Below, piece after piece: positions 15,722 to 23,639 of a stretch of 23,639 bases of DNA (position 1 is its first letter; each line of letters opens with the position of its first letter). Where the stretch lies: positions 1 to 23,639 of the forward strand of contig JAEOUE010000038.1 of NCBI GenBank assembly GCA_016839515.1, given 5' to 3'. A program made the position numbers and the translations under genes. The DNA is from Candidatus Hodarchaeum mangrovi (GTDB taxonomy: Archaea > Asgardarchaeota > Heimdallarchaeia > Hodarchaeales > Hodarchaeaceae). The notes beneath the pieces are model-generated. The model did no database searches. It was not told where the DNA came from and saw only the letters and a list, made by a program, of their open reading frames with translations.

Positions 15722-16555
15722 TTATTTAATAATTAAATCAAGTTTACTTAGTGTTATCATCATAGCTTCCTCTAATCGAAGAGATCGGGTACCAGAATGG
15801 GTTAAACTATTAATGCAATGATCAAAAACATCACGTATTTTTTTCCCCTCTGCTTTAAGCATTTCTGGTATTCCTTTGTAAGGGCTTCCGAATGTAACGA
15901 GTATATCCTTGTTTTGTAAATCATTAGGATTTAATGAAGTTATAGGTTCACAAGTTTTCGATGTAGCAATTTTAATTCCCTTGAAGTTGAGTAATGCTTT
16001 ACTTAACGCCACCTTAGAAACGTGTACTTTATAGCCCCAATAAATATCAGAAGGACTATTTGGGAGTAAACGAAGTTTTAATTTATCGTCTTTTAGAATA
16101 ATTTTTGCTGTTACACGTAATACTTTCTCTTGGAGTGAAAATTTCGGAGGATTTATAACCTCTAGAAGATGTAAACTGCCCACATCACCTACTGTCCGCC
16201 CCTGTAAAAGAAAAATAACAGCTTCACGTATTTCATTAGGTTTTATTTCCTTTGAAAGTACATGATGAGGCGTTGCTAACGGGGATAATACTCCAACGGC
16301 AGAGGTGTCCCGTGAGATTGGAAATAGTCGTTTTCTAAGATACTGAGGACATTCAATATACTCTAATATTCTTCTTATGCGTCTACTTTCTCTATGTGCT
16401 TCCTCTGGTTTTAGAAAGGGATCATGATATATCATAATATCAGGGACTTGATATATTGCTGAAATTCTGGCAAATTGAAAGATTTTTTCAGTTTTTGCCC
16501 TGATATCAGAGCAATCTGATACTGCTGAATCAGGTATTGCTATTGTAAAAGTCAT
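15722..16555 (-). CDS. SPOUT-class RNA methyltransferase (SPOUT1/C9orf114-like)
   Basis: IAIPDS, ARISAIYQV, LEYIECPQYLRK.LFP......VG.L.PL.TPHH, YWGY, FGSPYKG, GTRSLRLEEA. Confidence 0.92.
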   Translation of the reverse strand: MTFTIAIPDSAVSDCSDIRAKTEKIFQFARISAIYQVPDIMIYHDPFLKPEEAHRESRRIRRILEYIECPQYLRKRLFPISRDTSAVGVLSPLATPHHVLSKEIKPNEIREAVIFLLQGRTVGDVGSLHLLEVINPPKFSLQEKVLRVTAKIILKDDKLKLRLLPNSPSDIYWGYKVHVSKVALSKALLNFKGIKIATSKTCEPITSLNPNDLQNKDILVTFGSPYKGIPEMLKAEGKKIRDVFDHCINSLTHSGTRSLRLEEAMMITLSKLDLIIK

Positions 16556-16608
16556 TAGACCATTTTCCTATAATTAGTGGAAGGATACAATTATTTTTGA
16601 TAAAATAA

Positions 16609-17490
16609 TTAAATTTTTCCTTCGTAATAATCGATATAGGCACGAATTATATTTTTATAGTTGATTATACCTATAATATCACCGTCTGCTCCTACTACAG
16701 GTAATTGATCAAAGTTTTTCTTAACCATTTTCTTTGATACATCCTCGATTGTACTATCTGAATAACAGACCTCAACATTTCGTTCCATGATCTCTTGTAC
16801 TTTCATGTTTGAAGGAAGAGTAAGTGTTTTTGATCCAATTATTAGAACAGATTCACTATCCCATGAAGAGCTATCATTCTCGGCACCATGTCCTGTACGA
16901 CTTTTACTTTGAGAATCTAAAATTTCAGCAACTTTCAGAAAATCTTTTTGAGTAATAATCCCAATCATTCTATCTTCATTTATTACTGGAACAGCTTTTT
17001 GATGTGAAATACGAATTGCGGTTGCTGCAGCAGGAAGTGGTGTTCCTTCCCAAATCGTTGTTACATATTTGTTCAAATAGTTCTCAATTCCTACCTGAAT
17101 CTTCGCGGACAAAACAACTTTTTTAACTATATCATGTCGTGAAATAATACCCTCTAAATATATCCCTTCATTTTCATCTACTACAGGCATTCTTTGAAAC
17201 ATATTATTCGTTAAAATCTGAGCTGCTTTAATAACCATATCAGAGGGTTTTATAGTAATTGGATTTCTAACCATAAGAAGAGATAGCTGTGTTTCATCTG
17301 GGTTTTTAAAAAGATCAGATCTGGAAACTATGCCTACAAGTTCATATGAATCCTTTTTTAGCACTGGATAGGCACTAAAACCTGTTTCGTGAATAAGTTC
17401 AAGTAAACTCTCTCTATTCCCAGGGATTTGCAAAAATTTGACATTCTCTTTTTTGGTCATTATTTTAGAAACAGAAATATCTCCTACCAT
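16609..17490 (-). CDS. CBS domain-containing protein (four CBS motifs)
   Basis: Four repeats of the form PV......GI(V/I)(S/T/N)..(D/N) (YPVL..LVGIVSRSD, MPVV..EGIISRHD, VPVI..IGIITQKD, LPVV..IGIIN). Confidence 0.92.
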   Translation of the reverse strand: MVGDISVSKIMTKKENVKFLQIPGNRESLLELIHETGFSAYPVLKKDSYELVGIVSRSDLFKNPDETQLSLLMVRNPITIKPSDMVIKAAQILTNNMFQRMPVVDENEGIYLEGIISRHDIVKKVVLSAKIQVGIENYLNKYVTTIWEGTPLPAAATAIRISHQKAVPVINEDRMIGIITQKDFLKVAEILDSQSKSRTGHGAENDSSSWDSESVLIIGSKTLTLPSNMKVQEIMERNVEVCYSDSTIEDVSKKMVKKNFDQLPVVGADGDIIGIINYKNIIRAYIDYYEGKI

Positions 17491-17589
17491 TAGTTTCCAC
17501 CATCTCTCTTTGATTAATAAATAAAAAGGTAGTGTAAATTAGATATTTTAGTGATTCCTCTGGTTTAGATATTTTAAATTGAATACCTC

Positions 17590-17769
17590 TTACGCATTCA
17601 ATAAGTTTAAAATGAGAATTAATGCTACAAATGCAATTGCTATTGCAATAGTCCAATATGGTCCCATTTTCAGTCCAGGAGAATCAGACTCTGAATAGAA
17701 GCGGATCAATCCTGCACCTGTTGCAGGCATCGGTGAATCATCACGTCTCCGTGTTTTCCTAACACTCAT
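17590..17769 (-). CDS. secG: Preprotein translocase subunit Sec61beta (archaeal SecG), 59 aa; not in ORF track
   Basis: MSVRKTRRRDDSPMPATGAGLIRFYSESDSPGLKMGPYWTIAIAIAFVALILILNLLNA*: AGLIRFY motif, KxxP, then a C-terminal TM helix. Confidence 0.95.
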   Translation of the reverse strand: MSVRKTRRRDDSPMPATGAGLIRFYSESDSPGLKMGPYWTIAIAIAFVALILILNLLNA

Positions 17770-17834
17770 TTTTATAACACCAGAAGGCTTTGAAATATCC
17801 TTATATTGAGCAAGTTAATTTTCACTATATGAAG

Positions 17835-17846
17835 TTTTATATAAAA
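17835..17846 (-). promoter_or_regulatory. Candidate TATA box (palindromic TTTTATATAAAA) upstream of secG
   Basis: Perfect 12-bp palindrome containing TTTATATA, about 65 nt upstream of the secG ATG. Confidence 0.45.
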
Positions 17847-17974
17847 GGATATCAAATTTTGTTGAATAATAATTCGAAGATACTCATATTCAAATATTGG
17901 ATAAAATAAGTACTTGGAAAAAATATTCTTCAAACCTTACATATACTCCTTAGAGAAGAGAATAAAAAGATTAG

Positions 17975-18682
17975 CTAATGAATGATTTTAGAATACATTG
18001 TTGAACTTCGCCACCAGATGTAATCTAACCAATCAGCAAATTGATCTATTATAGGGACACCCATTTTTTCTATTATTAGAGCAAAAAATATCGCTCCAAA
18101 AAATCCAATTACTTTCGAAGAAACATCATGTGCCCAATAGAATGCTTCTTCAGAATTCATACCAAATTGTGTGACAAGAAAATGGACACACCATAAGTGG
18201 AAAGTGATTCTAAGGGCATTTCCCACAAATAAAGCAATAAAAAAAATCGATCCTGCCTTGATCTTCGAAATCCATGGAGCTTCCGTTACTGTAATGATTG
18301 CTAAAAGTAAACCACCCGCTTGCATTCCTGTACAAGCTTTTACAATCCAATAATCTCCATTTGTGTCAGGAATATGTATACCAGGTGTATTTATTGTTGC
18401 TTCTAAGAAAGGAAATGGACCACCCCTTAACTGTGGTGGGATTACCGAGTCAGGATTCAAATTAGGTATCATTGTCGTTTTAATACCTAAAATATCTAAT
18501 AATGAAAAAATAATATCTCTTGTAGGAATTTCAATAAAAACCCAGTCAGGGACTGCATAAATTAGGAATGTTAAAATGATTGCAATACCTAATGAAGTAA
18601 GCATTAATCTGTCATTATGATATCTTTTCTTAGTATCTTTTATTTCTTCTATAGGATCCTTTAACTCTTTATTTTCAGTCAT
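17975..18682 (-). CDS. Exosortase/archaeosortase family membrane cysteine protease
   Basis: IVKACTG (catalytic Cys), GNALRI (Arg), WAHD (His) within multiple TM helices; ATG at 18682 after GGTGA (track start 18727). Confidence 0.88.
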   Translation of the reverse strand: MTENKELKDPIEEIKDTKKRYHNDRLMLTSLGIAIILTFLIYAVPDWVFIEIPTRDIIFSLLDILGIKTTMIPNLNPDSVIPPQLRGGPFPFLEATINTPGIHIPDTNGDYWIVKACTGMQAGGLLLAIITVTEAPWISKIKAGSIFFIALFVGNALRITFHLWCVHFLVTQFGMNSEEAFYWAHDVSSKVIGFFGAIFFALIIEKMGVPIIDQFADWLDYIWWRSSTMYSKIIH

Positions 18683-18844
18683 TAAAACTATTTCACCAGG
18701 TATATTCTTGAATATTATTAAACTCAATTGATATTAAATTTGGGATTTTGGAATATGTTCAGGTTCTATAGACTACCTGTATGTATAAAATTTTTATCCT
18801 TCGAAATAATTTTGGAAAAATTTCCTTAAAACTGTTAAATTGTA

Positions 18845-20437
18845 TTATTTTTGGAAAAGTTCAGGATTTTTTAACATGTACCAACCATATGTAACTTTAC
18901 ATATATCTTTATCAACTAAATCGCGTAAAACCTGTTTTATTTGATCTTTTGGCAATTTGACATCCGTTGTTAATAAATTAGATTGAGCTTTATATTGAGG
19001 ACGTTGTAATAAAGCATAAATTATTTTTTCTTCAGCAGAATTTAATTTTAATCCTTTAGGGATCCTATAATCTAGCATAGGCTGATTTATAGGACTTGAA
19101 GATTCAGTTCGTTTATGTTCTAGGATATTCTTATCTTTAAGTATATACCATCCATAAGAAACACGTAGAATCCCTTTATCAACGAGATTTCGAAGTACTT
19201 CTTTAAGAACACTTTGTTTTAATCCAGTTGGTCGTGTAAGAAGATTTGATTGCGCTTTTAGATTTGGTCTTGACTTGATAGCATTGATGGTAGCGATTTC
19301 TTCTGGTGTAAGCCCCTCCCCTACTCTAGATATTCTTGCTGATTTCTTCTTCTTCTTTTTTCGGTCATTTTCAGCGAAAGTATTTTTAAAAAACGGAAGA
19401 TGTGATTTTTTAATAATAAACCAACCTACTTGAGTTCTTAATAATCCTTTTGAGATTAAATTCCTTAAATGTCTTTCTGCTTCATCTACGCTCAACCCCA
19501 TATCTTTAGCAAGTATTTCTGGTTTGGTTCGATGTTTAATTCGCATATAAGTTCTTTCTAGAATCTCCATTTCAAATTCAGTAGGTAAATCTTCCTCCCA
19601 ATTATCTTTTCTAAATAATGTAGTTGTCTGTTTTAAATAAGGGGTAACATCATCCGAGTAGTCCTTTTGAGGTGGCATGGGATGAAATAAATCACTGTCA
19701 TTTTCACTTTTAGCTTCACTCATCTTTTTTAAACCCGAAGGTGGACTTCGAAAAAGCTCTTCCTCTGAAATTTCAGTTTCTTCATTTTTTTCTTCGAATA
19801 GATCAAGTCTTTCGTCGTTTAATTCTTCATCAACTTCTAAAAAATCTTTTTTGTAATTTTTCTCAGATATCATTTCATTATGGTGTGTTTCAGTTTCCAC
19901 TTGTGGTTTAATGGTGTCTGTTTTTAATACAGGTTTTGAGGAGGTTAAATTCTGTGTTTGTTTTTGGGGATATTTTGTTTGTTGAGGACGTAGAGGTATT
20001 TCAGCATTACTTTCAGTATTTGGGCTAAAAACTAAAATTTTCTGTGTTCTTTCAACTTCAAGATTTTCCCTATCTAGAAGGGAAAGGATAGAATCATTTA
20101 ATTCATTAAATGCACTATTTATTCCTTCTATTTGTATAGCCAGTGGATATTTCTGATTTGAGATGGAATAAATAATTTTGATTTGTTTTAATCCAAGCCG
20201 ATTTAAGCTAAAAAATTCTTGGATCTCCCTGTTCATTACTGCTGATTCATTTCCATGAATTTCAAGAACATATTGTTGATTTGTTCGCGATTCTTCCACG
20301 TAAAAGATTAATTTAGGAAAATCGGGAATTCTTGGTATAGCTTGAACTGAATTATCTATAAATTCTATATCCTTGAAACGTCCACGAGCTTTCAAAAAAT
20401 TGATAAAATCGTTTAAAACTATGTTTTGACGATACAA
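18845..20437 (-). CDS. Hypothetical protein: N-terminal globular domain, acidic disordered linker, three tandem winged helix-turn-helix repeats
   Basis: Three about 60-aa repeats ending LRxL(I/V)xKxxx(R/K)xxxGW(F/Y)xxK. Confidence 0.8.
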   Translation of the reverse strand: MYRQNIVLNDFINFLKARGRFKDIEFIDNSVQAIPRIPDFPKLIFYVEESRTNQQYVLEIHGNESAVMNREIQEFFSLNRLGLKQIKIIYSISNQKYPLAIQIEGINSAFNELNDSILSLLDRENLEVERTQKILVFSPNTESNAEIPLRPQQTKYPQKQTQNLTSSKPVLKTDTIKPQVETETHHNEMISEKNYKKDFLEVDEELNDERLDLFEEKNEETEISEEELFRSPPSGLKKMSEAKSENDSDLFHPMPPQKDYSDDVTPYLKQTTTLFRKDNWEEDLPTEFEMEILERTYMRIKHRTKPEILAKDMGLSVDEAERHLRNLISKGLLRTQVGWFIIKKSHLPFFKNTFAENDRKKKKKKSARISRVGEGLTPEEIATINAIKSRPNLKAQSNLLTRPTGLKQSVLKEVLRNLVDKGILRVSYGWYILKDKNILEHKRTESSSPINQPMLDYRIPKGLKLNSAEEKIIYALLQRPQYKAQSNLLTTDVKLPKDQIKQVLRDLVDKDICKVTYGWYMLKNPELFQK

Positions 20438-20730
20438 ATTGAAACGAATCCTTTTGAATGCAGAATAGAATCCGAGGAAGATTTTATATTCAATAAATTC
20501 CGTTTTTAAGCTCCTTTAAATCGCTTTGAAAAACTTTTTGGTGGTTTCATATGATTTATCGATTTATATAGTCTGATTTTGTCTCCTTTAGTATAGTATT
20601 AAAGAATATTCTATTTTGATGTTGAAATTGGAAATAAAACTATATTTAGAAGTCTTAAATTAAGTAATTATTATCTTAGAAACTTTTAAGGTAGTTAAAT
20701 CTAGAAGATATTGAATATATTAGTAATTTT

Positions 20731-21189
20731 TCAAAGATAATTATTTGTAAAATATTGTTTAAGTTCTTTAAGTCCTTTCCCCTTCAGATTCTTTTTCAAG
20801 GGAGTAGGAATCGTAAGAAAAATTTGATCAAAGGCATTCAGGGCTCTCTCTTCATTATTAGTTCCTATGGTGTTCCATAAGCTAATAAATTTGTCTATAG
20901 GGAGACCTAAGGAATTTGAAAGAGGATTAAATAATTGACTTGGATTATAAACCAGAGGAGGTAAATCAAGAATAGGTTTACTTTCAGATTCTTCTTCATT
21001 GAATGATTTATCAATTAAGTTAATAATACCTACTCTATATAATTCGCTGATTAAAGCTATTAATAGCTTTTTATCATCTAATTCAAGGATTTTTGAAATT
21101 TCAGACATGGAGTATTCTTTAATTGTTAATTGAGAGATGATTTGTAAAACTAAGGAATTTTCAAAAAGCTTAGAAAGATCGTATGACAT
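20731..21189 (-). CDS. Hypothetical protein with N-terminal ArsR-like winged-helix pattern
   Basis: LQIISQL...YSMSEISKIL...ISELYRVGII resembles a wHTH; ATG-start 152-aa ORF. Confidence 0.55.
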   Translation of the reverse strand: MSYDLSKLFENSLVLQIISQLTIKEYSMSEISKILELDDKKLLIALISELYRVGIINLIDKSFNEEESESKPILDLPPLVYNPSQLFNPLSNSLGLPIDKFISLWNTIGTNNEERALNAFDQIFLTIPTPLKKNLKGKGLKELKQYFTNNYL

Positions 21190-21395
21190 ATTAAAGCCAT
21201 AATTTCTCTACTACATTAAGTCATATATTAATTTGAGAATTATGTTTTCTCAACTAACATAATAGAATGATATTTTAGTTCATTCTAAAAATACTAAAAC
21301 CTGACCTATTACGTTGTCACAGTGATTTTATTCATATATCGTACAAAAATAAGCTAATTATAAAATAAAAATTGATTAAAGATAAGGAAAAGGAT

Positions 21396-22109
21396 ATGAC
21401 CCAGATGGAATCAACTGAGAAGGATTTTGTGGTTCAATGTATCAATTTAAAAAAGCATTACATTTTGGGAGAAGTAAAAGTTGAAGCCTTAAGGGGAATT
21501 AATATGGAAATTGAGAGAGGAGAATTTGTCTCTATAATGGGTCCTTCAGGGTGCGGGAAAACGACATTACTCAACATTATAGGATCTCTAGACACCCCTA
21601 CATCAGGCCGAGTCATTTTGGAAGGTCAAGAAATATCAAGAGCTAAGGAAAAAGAATTAACTCAAATCAGGCGTAATTTAGTTGGTTTTGTTTTTCAATT
21701 TTACAACCTTTTACCAGTTTTGAGTGCATTAGAGAATATTGAGCTCCCAATGCTTATTGCAGGAGTTCCAAAAGTAAAAAGAACTGAAAGAGCTCTAGAT
21801 TTATTAGAAAAAGTAAATCTTCTCGAAAGAAAGAATCATAAACCAGATGAACTAAGTGGAGGAGAAAGACAGAGAGTGGCAATAGCTAGGGCTTTAGCAA
21901 ATCAACCTTCAATTCTTTTAGCAGATGAGCCAACAGGTGATTTAGACACTGAAAGTGGAATCGCAGTCCTTGAGCTATTAAAGGAAGTAAACCGAAGAGA
22001 AAAGCAGACATTGATTTTAGTCACACATGACCCAAATATTGCTAGACACTCTGATCGAATATTTCATATTAAAGATGGGTTAGTATCTTCAGTTGAGAAT
22101 ATAAAATAA
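21396..22109 (+). CDS. ABC transporter ATP-binding protein (LolD/MacB-type)
   Basis: GPSGCGKT, GFVFQFYNLLP, LSGGERQRVAIARAL, LADEPTG, VTHD; ATG at 21396 after AAGGA. Confidence 0.95.
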   Translation: MTQMESTEKDFVVQCINLKKHYILGEVKVEALRGINMEIERGEFVSIMGPSGCGKTTLLNIIGSLDTPTSGRVILEGQEISRAKEKELTQIRRNLVGFVFQFYNLLPVLSALENIELPMLIAGVPKVKRTERALDLLEKVNLLERKNHKPDELSGGERQRVAIARALANQPSILLADEPTGDLDTESGIAVLELLKEVNRREKQTLILVTHDPNIARHSDRIFHIKDGLVSSVENIK

Positions 22110-22118
22110 TGACTAAAT

Positions 22119-23057
22119 TTAAACTAATAAACTCCGAAGTGAATCATTACCAGTTCTTTTCGATTCTTCGTCTAAAATTTTCACTAATTCTTTAAATCTA
22201 TTTCTAATAGTAACTGGGGTAATCCTAGCAATAGTTGCTATTTCTTGTTGTGTTCTTCGTTCTCCAGTTTGAATTGTGGATATATATAGTGATGCAGCAG
22301 CAAGACTCATTGGATTTTTTCCAACCGTTGCCCCTTTTGCTCTTGCTATATTTAAAATTTTTACCGCTTGTCTTCTTGCTTTCATTGTCACCCTTAAATT
22401 TATACCTAAGCGGTGTACCAGAGCAGCATAATCACTTGGATTAACCTTTAAGTCTAGTTTTTGTAAAATTATTCTTATACATCTTCCCAATTCTTTTGAG
22501 GCAATATTAGATACAGATGCAATATCCTTAAGCGTTTGAGGTAATTTTTTCTTCCTACAAGCAAGGTATAAACTCGCTGCAATCATTCCATCTATAGATC
22601 TACCCCGAATTAAATTTTTCTTTAATGCTTTTCTATAAATCATGGCACCCATTTCAGCTACATCTTCTGGTAATTCAAGTTGGCTTTTTATTCGTTTTAA
22701 TTCTTTCAAAGCGAACCTTAAATTACGAATTTCTGATTTTCTTGTTCGGTTATCAATCCTGGATAATCTACGGTATTTAGTTTGAGAAGTATAAGGAAGA
22801 GTACGCCCTGAAATATCTCTACGTATATTTCCTATTTGAGTTCTTAATCCCATTTCAGCTTTGAGTGGAGTTATTGGACTACCTGTACGAGAACGTTCCT
22901 GCTGTTCACTACTGTCATATGCTCTCCATTCGGGCCCTAAATCAATTTGAATATCTAAAACAAGTCCACAAGAAGCACACACAGATGTTCCTTTAGTATG
23001 CTCTGTAATAATGTCTAAACTACCGCATTCGGGACATTTCTTTTCTTGTGGAGACAA
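22119..23057 (-). CDS. tfb: Transcription initiation factor IIB (TFB)
   Basis: Zn ribbon CPECG...CASCG, GPEWRAY B-reader, two cyclin repeats (RGRSI..AASLY.ACR; GKNP..AAASLY; VTIRNRFKEL). Start is TTG 23057 or 23087. Confidence 0.97.
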   Translation of the reverse strand: MSPQEKKCPECGSLDIITEHTKGTSVCASCGLVLDIQIDLGPEWRAYDSSEQQERSRTGSPITPLKAEMGLRTQIGNIRRDISGRTLPYTSQTKYRRLSRIDNRTRKSEIRNLRFALKELKRIKSQLELPEDVAEMGAMIYRKALKKNLIRGRSIDGMIAASLYLACRKKKLPQTLKDIASVSNIASKELGRCIRIILQKLDLKVNPSDYAALVHRLGINLRVTMKARRQAVKILNIARAKGATVGKNPMSLAAASLYISTIQTGERRTQQEIATIARITPVTIRNRFKELVKILDEESKRTGNDSLRSLLV

Positions 23058-23095
23058 AAGAGACCCCCTATTAAACTTGAGGTTCAAACATGATA

Positions 23096-23111
23096 AAGCT
23101 TATAAAAGCTT
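23096..23111 (-). promoter_or_regulatory. Candidate tfb TATA box embedded in an inverted repeat
   Basis: AAGCTT-ATAA-AAGCTT; minus strand reads TTTTATAA about 45 nt upstream of the 23057 start. Confidence 0.4.
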
Positions 23112-23413
23112 ACTGGCCGAGAATTAAAAATTCAAGAAATCAAAGGATAAGCTAGTGTAGAATTAGGTTGAATAAACATCAAAGGAAAGAAAATTCCGAC
23201 CTATTCTGATCCAAATATTTATTTTCGGTCTGATAAGACTTTAGAGATTTTAAAACTCTGAAAAACCATTACAACCACAATAAAACAAAAGTAATTTGTA
23301 CGAGAAGTGTTTGTGAGTCATCTATTTTCTTTTATGGTTTTTAATAATAAAAAATCGATATTCTAAAATAAAAATGAGTTTCTTAGACTTTATACGACAT
23401 ATTACTGTTTTAC

Positions 23414-23447
23414 CTTTATAAATGCTTATAAAGTGACTTTATAAATG
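23414..23447. promoter_or_regulatory. Three tandem TATA-like elements upstream of tbp
   Basis: CTTTATAAATG (23414-23424), CTTATAAAG (23425-23433), CTTTATAAATG (23437-23447). Confidence 0.55.
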
Positions 23448-23547
23448 ATTCTATTGTGTTTTGATAGGATTGTAAACTTTTGACAGATCCTACCCTTTTA
23501 AAATATACCACTTTATCACTTATAATCATTTATTTATGGTGAGATAC

Positions 23548-23639
23548 GTGTCAAGTAGTTCAGAAAAAGCTGATTTGTTCGCTGAAGTACAAAATGTAGT
23601 TGCTTCAGTGGATCTAAGATGTAAAATTAAATTAGAACG
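23548..23639 (+). CDS. tbp: TATA-box binding protein, 5' end only (runs off window); not in ORF track
   Basis: GTG at 23548 after GGTGA (in-frame ATG at 23536): SSSSEKADLFAEVQNVVASVDLRCKIKLE, the QN(V/I)VAS first-strand motif of TBP. Confidence 0.88.
   Translation, partial: MSSSSEKADLFAEVQNVVASVDLRCKIKLE

Noticed and set aside
17465-17656. 63-aa Cys-containing track ORF
   Set aside because: Out-of-frame overlap with the true Sec61beta gene and with the CBS gene start
18863-19588. Z-alpha (Z-DNA/Z-RNA-binding) identity for the wHTH repeats
   Set aside because: A wing Trp is present, but the recognition-helix Asn and Tyr and the wing Pro-Pro of Z-alpha are absent
8302-22444. Other short ORFs (8302-8505, 18171-18353, 18363-18560, 22235-22444)
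   Set aside because: Nested in or antisense to well-supported genes, with no motifs
1-23639. CRISPR array, integrated element or att sites at the three tRNAs
   Set aside because: No regularly spaced repeats, no integrase or transposase, and no duplicated tRNA 3' ends were seen

Overview
AT-rich archaeal chromosomal segment, most likely from an Asgard archaeon (possibly Heimdallarchaeia-like). This taxonomy is inferred from eL14/eL41, eukaryote-like Sec61beta and TBP residues, and a polyproline membrane protein. The window is mainly a translation/RNA-processing/transcription region: rpl41e, rpl14e, cbf5, rps13-rps4-rps11, rpl3-rpl4-rpl23-rpl2, an RNase Z-like gene, an endA-like gene, a PINA ATPase, a SPOUT methyltransferase, a divergent tfb/tbp pair, and three intron-containing tRNAs (Thr-CGT, Ser-GGA, Leu-CAA). 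Four coding regions absent from the ORF track were read from the DNA: rpl41e, Sec61beta, a 53-aa PEF-CTERM micro-ORF and the 5' end of tbp. The most notable observations are: (1) a 10-TM repeat membrane protein with a cytosolic helical hairpin, polyproline/PSAP tract and C-terminal WH2- or MIM1-like helix, a candidate membrane adaptor for actin/profilin or ESCRT; (2) an archaeosortase next to Sec61beta with a stand-alone PEF-CTERM sorting-signal micro-ORF nearby; (3) a splicing endonuclease subunit lacking its catalytic His, alongside three tRNA introns with relaxed BHB motifs; (4) a protein with three tandem winged-helix domains near tfb/tbp. No CRISPR array or mobile element was seen. All homology calls come from recalled motifs, not database searches.
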